64,000 nt of DNA from Octopus vulgaris. Lineage: Eukaryota. The stretch spans positions 14,508,001 to 14,572,000 of the forward strand of contig OX597843.1 of assembly GCA_951406725.2 (NCBI GenBank). Reading direction: 5' to 3'. The position numbers and the translations under genes are program-made. Shown here piece after piece: positions 38,215 to 49,957 of this stretch (the stretch's first letter is position 1; every line of letters starts with the position of its first letter). The notes under the pieces were generated by a model, which did not search any database, was not told the DNA's origin, and saw only the letters and a program-made list of their open reading frames with translations.

Positions 38215-38580
38215 ATACACACACATATACACTCACAAACACATATATACACACTCACATATATATACACTCACACACATATATACATACATATACTCTC
38301 ACACACACACATATACACACACACATATATACACTCACACACACATATACACACACAAACACATATATACACATACATATACACACTCACATATATATAT
38401 ACATACATATACACACTCACACACATATATACACACTCACACACATATATACACTAACACACACATATACACACTCACATATACATACATATATACACTC
38501 ACACATATATACATTCACAAACACATATATATACACACACACGCACACACACGCACATATATACACATACATAAACATAT
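38215..38580. repeat. (AC/AT)n compound microsatellite
   Basis: Directly visible. Confidence 0.9.
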
Positions 38581-38872
38581 CCTCATGACGATAGGCTACT
38601 TTCAGTTTCTGTCTACCAAATCTAGTCATAAGGTTTTGCCTGTCGTACGACCAGAGCAGAAGACACTTGCCCAGGTGCTGCAGAGTGGGATAGAACTGAG
38701 AACCATGTGATTGGGAAGCAAAACTTCTTAACCGCACAGCCACGCCAGCACCTATACACATACATGTTACCCTCCTCACCAAGCAGGCCTGGTGGGGGTT
38801 GCCAGTTTAGTCGCTGACCTGATCATGCAACAGGTTGCACTGGATTACATGTTACCAGTAGCACTGGTTTAA

Positions 38873-39092
38873 CCCTTAGTGTTCACATTATTCTACCAAA
38901 ATTAATCCTTTTTTATCCACATTGTTTTGAACTAATCATGCATTATCTTGTAGCTTTGAGATTTTGATGAGGTAGCTGTTCATTTTTAAAACGATGTTGT
39001 AGGGTTGGTGTAAGAGACCAGATCTGGCCAGTTTGAACATAAAACAGGCAGAATACTTTTGGCCAGATATGGCCGGTTTAGATGCTAAAGGG
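38873..39092. mobile_element. piggyBac-like MITE
   Basis: TTAA|CCCTTAG...CTAAAGGG|TTAA. Confidence 0.7.
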
Positions 39093-39099
39093 TTAAGGA

Positions 39100-39975
39100 T
39101 GGAATAAGGACTACCAGGAAGTCCCTTAGAATGAATCCAAAGGCCACAGGAACCCTTGCTTCAGATCAAGCTGGTTGGTGAACAAAAGTGCGGAGTGGAG
39201 TGAAAGCATTTGAGGAGGTCAGGATGTCACATGCAAGGCTCAAGAGAGATTTAAAGAAGAATGTTGTGATTAACGAGAAGGTGAAAATCTCAGGGGACCT
39301 TTTTGTGTTCCCAGTTTGTGACAGACCCTGTTTTTCTTTTGCTGGGTTCAAATCTCATCTGTGGACCCATGAAAAACAAACCTCCACCAACTACTCTGCC
39401 TATATATGTGTGGAGGCACATGGCCTAGTGGTTAGAGCAGCGAGCTCGCGGTTGAGAGATCGTGGGTTCGAATTTCAGACTGGGCGATGTGTGTATTTAT
39501 AAGCGAAACACCTAAGCTCCATGCGGCTCCGGCAGAAGGTTATGGTGAACTTCTGCTGACTCTTTCACCACAACTTTCTCTCACTCTTTCCTCCTGCATC
39601 TTGCAGCTCACCTGCAACAGACCAGTGTCCCGTCCAGGTGGGGAACCTATACACCAAGGAAACCAGGAAACCGGCCCTTATGAACCAAGCATGGCTCGAG
39701 AAGGAACAAAAACTATATATCTGTGCACATCGTTCAATGCCGTGTTTGCCGTAAAGTCTGCAAATCTAACGGTGGCCTTAAAAGACATTCTAAGATCCAC
39801 AAAGACCAGAATTTAACTGCAGTTCATGGTGATCCAAATCAGACACATGCAATCTATGTGGGTGTCTTTTCAATATGTTGTCTGGTTCAAAAAGCCACAT
39901 CAGACGCCATGATGGGATCTAATGGTGTAATTACAAGAGGTGGTCAGACTCTGCATGAGGAGTAGACAACCACCA
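39100..39975 (+). mobile_element. RTE LINE 3' end with C2H2-like fingers, interrupted by a SINE
   Basis: W...VRSGVKAFEE, VCDRPCFSFAGFKSHLWTH, CRVCRKVCKSNGGLKRHSKIH; frameshifted. Confidence 0.65.
39412..39712 (+). mobile_element. SINE family C (tRNA-derived)
   Basis: GGAGGCACATGGCCTAGTGG A-box and GGGTTCGAAT B-box; a related head occurs on the - strand at 47760-48048. Confidence 0.75.
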
Positions 39976-39984
39976 CCAGATATA

Positions 39985-40382
39985 GATTACTCTTTACTCT
40001 CTTTTACTTGTTTCAGTCATTTGACTGCGGCCATGCTGGAGCACCGCCTTTAATTGAGCAACTCGACCCCGGGACTTATTCTTTTGTAAGCCCAGTACTT
40101 ATTCTATCGGATCTCTTTTGCCGAACCGCTAAGTGACGGCGACGTAAACACACCAGCATTGGTTGTCAAGTGATGTAGGGGGACAAACACAGACACACAC
40201 ATACATATACACACATATATACGACAGGGTTCTTTCAGTTTCCGTCTACCAAATCCACTCACAAGGCTTTGGTCGGCCTGAGGCTATAGTAGAAGACACT
40301 TGCCCAAGGTGCCACACAGTGGGACTGAACCCGGAACCATGTGGTTGGTAAGCAAGCTACTTACCACACAGCCACTCCTGTG
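39985..40382 (-). mobile_element. SINE family A
   Basis: Reverse complement of the 22090/27601 copies. Confidence 0.9.
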
Positions 40383-40816
40383 CCTATATATATAAACACA
40401 TATGTATGTGTGTGTGTGTGTGTGTGTGTGAGAATGCTGACAGTCTGTCTGCAATCACATGAGTTACAGTTGGAGTTCTTCTCCACAGTCATTTCCTTGT
40501 CAATATATTCTCCAGTAGCTTATTTCTTTCAAAGACAAGCAAAACAAAAGACTGTCCTGCTTGTAAAACACATAAAAGTTAGCAACAGGAAGAGCATCCG
40601 GCTGTACAGCAACGCTTCCATACATGTGTTCATCTAACCCATTCTAACTTACAAAAGAACAGAATTCAACAGGAAGAAACCAATGAATGAAGTGTTGTTT
40701 CTTGAACCCTGCATGGAGGGGGTCCCTTACTGACTCAAGTAAAGAGATTCATTTACAGATTACAAAATACCAGAAATATACTGGGGTATTTACTAAGTCT
40801 ACACCAGCCATTCATC

Positions 40817-41246
40817 TGTAGTGATGCTACTGTGTAGGGTTCAGTGCGCATGCGCAGAACGGGACTACTTCCGGGTGGCCACCGGAAGTCTTTCCCATGC
40901 GCATGTGCGGGAAAACGTTCCCTCAAGCCCGCCAAGCTCAAATCTCTCTCTTCGGCTAGACAGCATTGCGATCGGACGTGCATTCGCCAGGCTCTGACAA
41001 CCTCCACTCGTGCTACAACATAGCGCCAACGACCATCAACCAACTTCAACAAACTAACACGAAGCTGTATATCAGAGGCTGTCTTTCTCCCACCAGACAC
41101 ACGTACGACATCGCAATAAACAAACCAGAACTACTGTCTTTTCACCTTTTAACCTGACTTCGTCTGCATTGCCTTATAAAATTTATATGTGACTAGATCG
41201 GACAACGACACCCTTTCAGTGAATTGATAACAGATCCTTTGTTACA
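40817..41246 (+). mobile_element. Solo LTR (430 bp)
   Basis: TGTA...TACA termini, 4-bp TSD CATC on both sides, CpG-rich U3-like part, AATAAA at 41115. Confidence 0.8.
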
Positions 41247-41604
41247 CATCCATCCATGTCAATATGCTCATCCTCATTTAATATCGATTTTCCATGCTGG
41301 CATGGGTTGGACGGTTTGACAGGATCCAGTGAGCTGCATAAAGTTTCCGTGTTGGCTTTCACCTGGTTTCTTCATCCAGATGCCCCTTCTAACGCCAACC
41401 CCTTCACAGTGGGCACTGGGTGGTTTCTCCAGCTCGATGCCTTCCCTCACACCAACAGCTTCACAGAGTTGTACTGGGTGTTGTTTTCAGGGACTGGTAC
41501 TTGTGGGGTTGCTGAGTCACTTGCAAGGCAGGCATGGAAAATGGAAAAGGAAAAAGCTCTCGCTTTTAGGTGAAGGTGAGTATGAATTGTGAAGGGCTAA
41601 ACAC

Positions 41605-42200
41605 CTCACCTGGAATTTGCATCACCAGTCTGGAACCCCTATCTTGCCCAGAATATCAATCGTCTGGAAGCTGTTCAGCGATGTGCAATCAAGAGAATAC
41701 CCTCCATCAGGCATTTGCCATATTCTGAACGCCTTACTTCACCGGGCATGGACACATTGATACTCCGACGTCTGGCAGCTAACTTGGCAGACACCCATAA
41801 AATTATTAACCATCATACAAACAATAACTCTGAGCACCTTTTCAAACTCCACCCGTCTAACACCCATGGACATATTTACAAAGTCAGAATACAACACAGC
41901 TCCCATGACTTTCGGAAACATTTTTTCACGCTGAGAGTTGCTGAAGCATGGAACAAACTGCCGGCATCAGTTGTTAGTTGTCGGAGCACTGCATCCTTCA
42001 AAACTTCCATGCTTCCTGAGATTCACCAACACTACACCTGATTTTCTCCCCTCCATACACACACAAGCATGTATCTGACTCATACACTGTTTGCTTCCCA
42101 GACATTTGTACATTACTGCATATGCTTTATACGCACTTTCTGACAAATTGTGGTGCACCTGAGCACTGTATACAATAATTTCATTATTATTATTATTATT
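41605..42200 (+). mobile_element. CR1-group LINE 3' fragment (second family)
   Basis: WNPYL..NINRLEAVQR, PYSERL, RKHFFTLRVAEAWNKLP..VV, FK; (ATT)n tail. Confidence 0.85.
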
Positions 42201-43114
42201 AAAAGAAAGGGACAAGAATAGGTGTCTTGTTTTAGAGAAAATACACAGTGACTACATGTTAATCCCTTTTGTTAGCATATTTCTCTGGAAATACACTGTC
42301 TTATTCTGAGCTGATGAAGGGAAATAACCCAGAAATCACGATACACAGATATTGTTTTGAGCTGAGTGAGGCAGGGGGCTAGATTCCCTTGTTTCAAAAT
42401 ATAAGGATACAGATCGTGTCATAGAGCCAGCTGGAGACGATGTCTCCTGGGGCTAAATTACAGCAATGTTCGTCCAAAACCAGGCCTGCCACGTTATGTT
42501 GGCAAACAATCTTTACTACAAGTTTGTCTTTGTTTCGGAAATAATAAAGAATTTAATAAAATAAATTCAACATTGTTAAGCTTGAAATTTTGATCAGTTT
42601 GAAGAAGGAGTTTGATTCTTAGAACCAAGGATAGTCTGTGGGAGGTTGGAAAGATCCGGAAGCTGAACCATGTGACTAGGATAGTTCTGTTGATTATACA
42701 CAGCCTTTGTTTCAATTAATTTGGTCTTTGGAATATTAATTAACATGGAATCTTGATGGAAGATTTTAATTTTGATCAGTTGAAAACAAGAAGATTGTAG
42801 CAGGGACAATCTTTGGAGGGTTGGCATCAAAGACAAACAGGATGGAAATTCTGGAAGGCTAAATCATATAACTAGGATATTTCTGTAGAAATATACTGCC
42901 TTTGTTGCAATTCATTTTGAGAATAATGAAGAATTTAAAAAAAAACCCAAAAAAAACGAAAGACAACCAAAAATCATTGCCATTACAAAGCTGGTGTATG
43001 GAACATAAATTAACAAAGAATTTTGATGGGAGGTTTCAATTGAGATCAGTTTAAAACAGGAAGTTTGTATTAGAGAATCAGGAGAGGTGGTCACAGGTGG
43101 GCTGGTATCAAAAA

Positions 43115-43545
43115 GGTGAAATATATATATATATACATCTGGAAGGACTTGTCCCAAACTTTGGCATCGAGAGTTACACAAATGCCAGAACTGGGTGCCA
43201 CTGCATAGTGCCAAGGACTTCAAATTTGCCATCAAGATGTAGGATAAGATACTGTGATAGCCTGGGCTTCCGAGGTCCACAGCACTTCAATATCCTCCCG
43301 AAGGACCTGAGAGACCTGCATGGTGTGGATGCAGATGTTTTTAAAATAAAGGTGGACCTCTTCCTGTCAGGTGTCTCAGATGAACCAACTTCACGGCAGG
43401 AGGTGCAGATGAGGGCAGCTGCATCGAACTCTCTCATGCACCAAATGGCAGATGCTAAAAAGCATTCGTGAAGTAAAATCATGAAGCAACACCGAATGGC
43501 AGTGCCCCAGCATGGCCACAGCTCATGAGCTGAAACTAGATAGGA
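43115..43545 (+). mobile_element. LINE 3' fragment whose tail matches SINE family A
   Basis: LEGLVPN..SLGFRGPQHFNILPKDLR..FKIKVDLFLSGVSDEP..RAAASNSL, followed by GGCAGTGCCCCAGCATGGCCACAGCTCATGAGCTGAAACTAGA. Confidence 0.8.
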
Positions 43546-43704
43546 AGAAGAAGATATGTGTGTATGTGTGTGTATGTGTGTGTGTGTATGTGTGTGTATG
43601 TGTGTGTGTGTATGTATATACTTTTTTACTCTTTTATATGTTCCAGTCATTTACTGCAGCCATACTGGAGCACCACCTTTAGTTGAAGAAATCGACCCCA
43701 TATA

Positions 43705-43835
43705 CAGGGTGTCCCAAAAAAATGTATACACATAGTGGTTCGGCAAAAGAGAACGATAGAATAAGTACTAGGCTTACAAAGAATAACAAATTTACAATTA
43801 TTTAAGGTGTGTATACATTTTTTGGGGACACACTG
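43705..43835. mobile_element. Tc1/mariner-type MITE with a SINE fragment inside
   Basis: TA|CAGGGTGTCCCAAAAAAATGTATACACA ... TGTGTATACATTTTTTGGGGACACACTG|TA. Confidence 0.75.
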
Positions 43836-43912
43836 TATGATGATGACGATGATGATGATGTATAGGTATGTTTATATAGAAGGTAAATCATAAGCAGAGG
43901 AGCTGCACTTAC

Positions 43913-44071
43913 TTTTAAAAAACTGAAATGTTGAAGCATTTTGGAGACTTTTTCACAGTTTTTGCCTTCTTGAAGGAAATCCAACTCCAGTGGCAGATTC
44001 CTCTCGGTTTCTTGAGCCAACCAAGTGTATTTAAAACCAGGGAAAATGTATTTTATGGCCTTCACTAAAAA
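43913..44071 (-). CDS. ADCK1: ADCK1 coding exon 3 (159 nt)
   Basis: FLVKAIKYIFPGFKYTWLAQETERNLPLELDFLQEGKNCEKVSKMLQHFSFLK (ELDF..EG.N motif); CCCAG| acceptor, AAA|GTAAGT donor. Confidence 0.95.
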
Positions 44072-44193
44072 CTGGGAGAAATACAAAAATATCGAATTAA
44101 CCAGAAACTGATTCAGCTACATACGTGTGTGTGTGTGTACATACATACACACACAAACATGTATATATCTATATATATATATATATATATATG

Positions 44194-44517
44194 TCAAAAT
44201 AAGCAACAAGTATATCTTGGGTAATTTGGTACAATTGTTTCATGCTACTTCATTTTATTAAACATTATATTACATTAGTTTTAAAATGTTGAGCAATCTT
44301 CAGCCATTTATAGAAGTCTTCCATCAAACAGACAATACATATTCTTATTTTCATTTCAATAAGAATATGTATTGTCCATTTGATGGAAGACTTCTATAAA
44401 TGGCTGAAGATTGCTCAACATTTTAAAACTGATGTAATACTTACAATGTTTAATAAAATGAAGTAGCATGAAACAATTGTACCAAATTACCTAAGATATA
44501 CTTGTTGCTTATTTTGA
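44194..44517. repeat. Long fold-back inverted repeat (~155-bp arms, 8-nt loop)
   Basis: 44194-44349 is the near-perfect reverse complement of 44358-44517; starts immediately after an (AT)n tract. Confidence 0.93.
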
Positions 44518-45145
44518 TTATAATCACCCCATGGATTTATATGGATAACACCATACAAAATTCTGGTGCCTCTGACTTAAGTACCATATTCATTTGAATC
44601 TATATATATTTTTGAATTTTTCTAATAATAATAATAATGTCTATGACTTGAGATGTTTGTCTTGCTTTAGCGTTTGTTGTTCCTTTAACAATTATATCGG
44701 AACCCTACAATGGTTCCACAAGTCCTGTCTCGGTGATGAGGCTGGAGCCCTGGTAACCTGTTACAGCATTTGCCTAGAGTACCTAGTTGTTTAGATCACC
44801 CGTGAACTAAACCCCCATATTTTGTATATATACAGTTAGGGTTAGGCTTGATATCTATAGATACAAAAGCTAAATATATTCAGAAGGTAAATGCAAATAT
44901 TACAAGCATTTGGATATCTACATATTGACAAATAAATTTACTTTTACAACTCTGTATGTATACAGGAAGTGGGACTGAACCTGGATGCATGTGGTTGGGA
45001 AGAAAAGGTCTTACCACACAGCCATATATACTCATGCAAAATTCCCCACAGGATGTCTCACCCCCTCATCCACAAGCCACCTCTACCCTCACCCTGATCC
45101 TTCTGCAATCCCACAAACCCCTAATCCCCCGACAGCCCAACTTAC

Positions 45146-45304
45146 CGTCATGGTCTTTATGTCGACGTATGATCTTGCTTTCACCTGAGGGTATTGGATC
45201 TTCACGGCGACGTCTGTGCCATCTTTCAACTGTGCCTTGTAGACCTGAGACAGGGATGCTGAGCCAATTGGGTTGGGGTCAATGTAGGAGAACACGTCTT
45301 TGGG
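45146..45304 (-). CDS. ADCK1: ADCK1 coding exon 2 (159 nt)
   Basis: PKDVFSYIDPNPIGSASLSQVYKAQLKDGTDVAVKIQYPQV.. (A-rich loop and VAVK lysine of UbiB kinases); TCCAG| acceptor, ACG|GTAAG donor. Confidence 0.95.
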
Positions 45305-45358
45305 CTGGAAAAACAAAACAGAGACAAAGAAATTACGTGTGTGAATGTATAATGTACA

Positions 45359-45890
45359 TCTATATATATAAAACTCAACTTGTGTGTCTGTGTGTGTATC
45401 TGTGTGTGTGTGTGTCTGTGTGTTTAACTTCCCGGCACATCTCCTCCAAGCCAACAAATCGTAGAACCACCAAAAATGGGTCACTTAAAGTTTAGGCGAA
45501 TGAAAATTGAACTGCGCTATTTCTGTTCCGAAATTCATCTCGCAAGCGCAAAAATCGATAATGTGTTTGTTTAGGCCTTATTCCATGCATTGAATAGTGA
45601 ACTATACTCAGTCAGCTGTTTGACGTGAACTGTATTCACCACGCGTGCAAGCATGCGTAAATTGCATGAACAATAAAAAATCAAGATATAAAAATGAATC
45701 GCCGTAAACATTGTAGAAATTTGGCAAAGAAATGAATTTTCGGGATGTAGCCTGGAGGGTTTTTTTGTATTAATCGTTTGGACTTTGTGAACACATACCT
45801 ATTGTTTTCATAACATTTTTAACGCTTTGAATTAAATGTGACCATTTTGCGTTGAGTCTGCAGTTTGAATCACTTTAACCAAATTTTAGC
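45359..45890 (+). mobile_element. Probable Helitron 5' fragment
   Basis: A|TCTATATATATAAAA start followed by a (TGTC)-type microsatellite; 3' end not seen. Confidence 0.45.
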
Positions 45891-46262
45891 AAATGTTTGT
45901 CCCCCTAGCATTGGTTGACAACCGATGCTGGTGTGTTTACGTCCCCATCACTTAGCGGTTCGGCAAAAGAGACCGATAGAATAAGTACTGGGCTTACAAG
46001 GAATAAGTCCCGGGGTCGAGTTGCTCGATTAAAGGCGGTGCTCCAGCATGGCCGCAGTCAAAATGACTGAAACAAGTAAAAAGAGAAAAGAGAATTGGAG
46101 ACTGGTGGCGCTGTTTGGTTGGGCAGCCCCTGTCAAACTATCCGATCTGTGCCACCATGTAAGAAAGGGATGCTGAATAATGATGATGATGACGATGATG
46201 ATGATGATGATGATGATGATGCCTACAACATAAATATTTACAACAAGATTATATTCTCTTAC

Positions 46263-46691
46263 CTCTTGATTGAATTCCTTCTTGAAAACGGCGAACATTT
46301 TATCAACTGGGGTGATAGGTACCTTGTCATAGAGCAATGCCATTGTGCTTACGTATTCCTTGGGCAACAGGTAGTCCAAAGATCCAATATGCTGACCCAC
46401 TTTGATGAAAACACCACCGTTTTCCAAACAGACGTTGCGTAGTCTCTCTGCAGACCTGGTGTGGATGCTTGACTTAATTGCTTCATAATCTTTGGAATTT
46501 GGGTCTAGGTTCCATAGGGAGATTTTGTAGTCACAAGCAAGGTACAAAGCAGCGAACCCTGCCCTGCTGAATCGAAAGACACCGAGGGATGACACTTCCC
46601 AGCCATTCTTTTGGAGCAGGACTGTGGTTGTAGCAACGGTGCCACAAGCAAAACCGACCTTTAATGTTCGCCTCAGAAACCCCGACACCAT
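46263..46691 (-). CDS. ADCK1: ADCK1 coding exon 1 (429 nt)
   Basis: ATG 7 nt after a TTACAG acceptor (46699), so a 5' UTR exon lies upstream. HTRSAERL..C.ENGGVFIKVGQH (KxGQ motif), LLPKEY; GAG|GTAAG donor. Basic/hydrophobic N-terminus fits mitochondrial targeting. Confidence 0.95.
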
Positions 46692-46834
46692 AAAGAACCT
46701 GTAAGAAGGAGTTCAAGAGAAAAATAAGAGAGGAGAAAAAAAAAAGGGCCAAACAACTGCTTCTTGTTCCTTCACCTATCTTTGTCTTTTGTTTTCAGTA
46801 CAATGCATATATATATATATATATATATTATTAT

Positions 46835-47530
46835 ATGTAGAAAAATACAAACTGGGACAAGAACGTAAAACATTTAGAAGACAATACAAAAAACACGGAC
46901 GGGACATTCGAAGCCTTCAATCTTCAGTCAAGAACCGGATCATCCTCGCAATTTCGGCTGATTAATCTTGAGATCGCTCTGATCCAGCCAGCCCCAAGGA
47001 AAAACTAAGCTACGAGCATTAGATTTCTTGGAAGAAGGATCGAATGTATACGAAACAGGGACAGAAAAACGGACGATGCCACACGAATATAAATACAAAA
47101 AAACAATAATAGTAATAACAGGACAAAAACAGCGGGTGTCTTACGACTAATAAACAGTACAACTTAGTTTAGCTGGCGTATTTGGAAAAAAATGCCTTTT
47201 TCGGCAGACGAAGAAAACGATGTTCTCATGGCGCTGGTTAGAAGCCGAAAGGCTGGTTGACCAGCGGTCACGTGAGAGGAGAAGAGAGAGAAAAAAAGGG
47301 GGCAAAGGAATCAAAGAGAGAGAGAGAGAGAGAGAAAAGGGACGAAGGCACCAAAGCGGGGAGAAGAGAGAGAAAGAAGGAATTAAAGAGGGGAGAAGAA
47401 AGAGAGCGTGCCAAGGATTGGCTTGGCGACAGAATCAGTGAGGTGCAAAGTGAGAAAGACAGAGAAATGTGAGAGAGTGGGGGAAGAGGAGACCAAAGAA
47501 TCAGATGCAAGAAAAGAGAAAAGGAGGAGA

Positions 47531-47575
<45 letters not shown>

Positions 47576-47715
47576 CAGATCAAATTAGAGTGCAAAGTGT
47601 GAAAGGCAGAGAAATGTAGGAGAGAGAGACAGTGTTATAGAGTAGTACCAAATTTAAAGAAATATGTACTTACATACAAGGCCAAAGAGGGTACGGGCGC
47701 CGCTATATATATTAT
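46835..47715. mobile_element. Probable Penelope-like fragment in (AT)n
   Basis: Direct repeat ATTATTATATGTAGAAAAATACAAA.TGGGACAAG at ~46827 and ~47711, flanked by (AT)n; decayed hammerhead-like CTGAAGA..GAATGTC on the - strand near 46905-46930. Confidence 0.4.
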
Positions 47716-48155
47716 TATATGTAGAAAAATACAAAGTGGGACAAGTATATATATATATCACCATGATCCCCATGACCAACCAGGCCATCAGATGTTGCTA
47801 CACATCGCTGGTCACAATGCGCTTCGAATTGTTTTAGCCTTTAAATGACGCCACCCCGCTGGCTAAGCGAGCAGGCCAACAGAAGAAAGAGTGAGAGAAA
47901 GTTGGGGCGAAAGAGTACAGCAGGGATCGCTACCACCTCTTGCTGGAGCCTCGTGGAGCTTTAGGTGTTTTCTCTCAATAAACACTCACAACGCCCTGTC
48001 TGGGAATCGTGAGTCCGCTGCCCAAACCACTGGGCCATTGCGCCTCCATATATATATATATACTTAAACATATCAAAGGGAAATGGAAAATTAATTAAAA
48101 TTTTCACTTCCAGTGGCCTAACGAATAAAAATTTAGTCCCAAAAGACTATGAATT

Positions 48156-48511
48156 AGTCATAATATACAGTGTACATTTAAATACATAAGGAATCCACTT
48201 ACAGGAATTCAACATGCTAGAAAATTCGACAGGAATGAAATGAAAAAATAAAAACATTTTACCATCAAGTTCCCTGGACCAATTGGTTCCTGATTTCACC
48301 TCGTGAGCAAATATTATTTGCTTGCTAAACTAAAATCAGGAACCAATTGGTCCAGGGAACTTGATGGTAAAATGTTTTTATTTTTTCATTTCGTTCCTGT
48401 CGAATTTTATCCCTAATTTTTGTGGTTATAGAACCTAGCTGTTCTTTCTAGCGTGTTGAATTCCATGAGTGGATTCCTTATGTGTTTAAATGTACACTGT
48501 ATCTTATGACT
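48156..48511. repeat. Fold-back inverted repeat (~140-bp arms)
   Basis: 48156-48296 pairs with 48333-48511, with a ~40-nt insertion in the right arm; bounded by (AT)n. Confidence 0.9.
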
Positions 48512-48834
48512 TATATATATATATATATAAACAAAATACACAGTTATATCTTGAGATTGCTAGTAATAACAATACTCCAAATATAATACAAACTGGAGTT
48601 GTAGTGCTCCAAATGAGCTGTATTCCACTCCTTTATTTGAAGGGAGGCAATGCGAGCAGGAACTAAAGGAACATTACGAAGATCCACACTCAAAGATCAA
48701 ATACATACACATATTCATATATTCATTTATATCTACAGAATGGATATAAAATTCAACATATATAAATATAATGATATATATATATATATATAGATAGATA
48801 AAATTCTATAATATATATATTAATATATAAGAAT

Positions 48835-48865
<31 letters not shown>

Positions 48866-49168
48866 TTCGATAGGTGAATGAATTATCCTATGTTTACCGT
48901 CAACATGGAAAATTCGATGAACCGAAACCAGGGTAGCAAATTCACGTTAGAAACACGGTTGAAGCGACCTGTCCAAGGGTAGAAACTCTGGGTTCATGTG
49001 CAGAAATTTGTGTGTTACATATGAATAAATAAATGAATGGAGTTGAACGAAGATGTTAACAAAATTCCTTTACTCTCGACATATGTTTCGAAGACAACAT
49101 GGTTTGTTTACCATGTAGGCAGCCATCGCAATTTTTGTTTTGTCTTGTTGTTGAGAGAGGCTCCCTTT

Positions 49169-49250
49169 CTTTCCTGATGAGGAGATTGCATCTTGCACCG
49201 TTTATTCCTTTGGAATAAAACCATGTTGTCTTCGAAACATATGTCGAGAG
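49169..49250 (+). ncRNA. Type I hammerhead ribozyme motif (minimal stem III, Penelope-type)
   Basis: Stem I CTTTC/GAGAG; CTGATGA (49174-49180); stem II GGAGA/TCTTC; GAAAC-ATAT-GTC (49234-49245). Confidence 0.7.
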
Positions 49251-49343
49251 TAAAGGAATTTTGTTAACATCTTCGTTCGACTCCATTTATTTATTCACAC
49301 ATATATATATATATATATATTTATACATACACACACATATATA

Positions 49344-49957
49344 CTAGACTACCCATGACCTGCTGGGTCACTGGGCAACTGTTGTTGCATGGTATGGTGT
49401 GATACATTGTATTGCACTCGAAAGAAACTATTTCACACTGAGGTTACAAACGAGTCCTTTACAAAATATTTACCGTATTTTTAAAGTAATTTTCACTTTA
49501 GAATATTTTTTGAATATGCCAAAAAAATTTTTGTAATGGGATTCATTTGAAAATAATTTCAGAAACATTAATATATTGTCTGTTAAAAGAAAGCTAAAAC
49601 ATAAATACTTACTGTACAAACAATTTACATTTTTGAAATCACAATCACTTAAAAATATTTCTAAATGATTAAAATATTGGGTTCAACAAAAGTGAAAACA
49701 GAAATTATAAAAAAATCGTATTTTTTCATTGCCAACTCACTGTCCAATAGAAAGATAAGATTTTCTTCCCTTTCAGAATGAAGATTAGTTTTGGAACATT
49801 TTCCTATTATGCACCATTTTGGGTATTTATACCCTGAAAATCCCTAATATCTTGAAAACTACTTTACTGATTTCATTCGATTCATATTAGCATTTCAGGG
49901 TAAACTTAGTTCATGGTATTTATAAAGTTATCTCAACAGACTTTCTATTATATAAGA
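49344..49957 (-). mobile_element. Probable non-autonomous Helitron (second family)
   Basis: - strand starts TCTTATATAATAGAAAG and ends CTAG|T, with subterminal hairpin TGACC-CAGCA-GGTCA. Confidence 0.55.

Noticed and set aside
38770-38868. Possible HDV-like ribozyme at an RTE 5' end
   Set aside because: Could not establish the nested double pseudoknot by eye; needs an RNArobo/Infernal search.
39412-39485. tRNA genes at SINE heads (also 232, 6669, 22090)
   Set aside because: A/B boxes only; no complete cloverleaf, and each continues into a SINE body.
39188-39965. Host C2H2 zinc-finger gene
   Set aside because: Frameshifted, preceded by an RTE C-terminal motif and split by a SINE; lacks TGEKP linkers.
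42311-42345. CTGATGA-AGGG..CCCA-GAAAT-CACG-ATA hammerhead-like string
   Set aside because: Stem I does not pair convincingly; too short to distinguish from chance.
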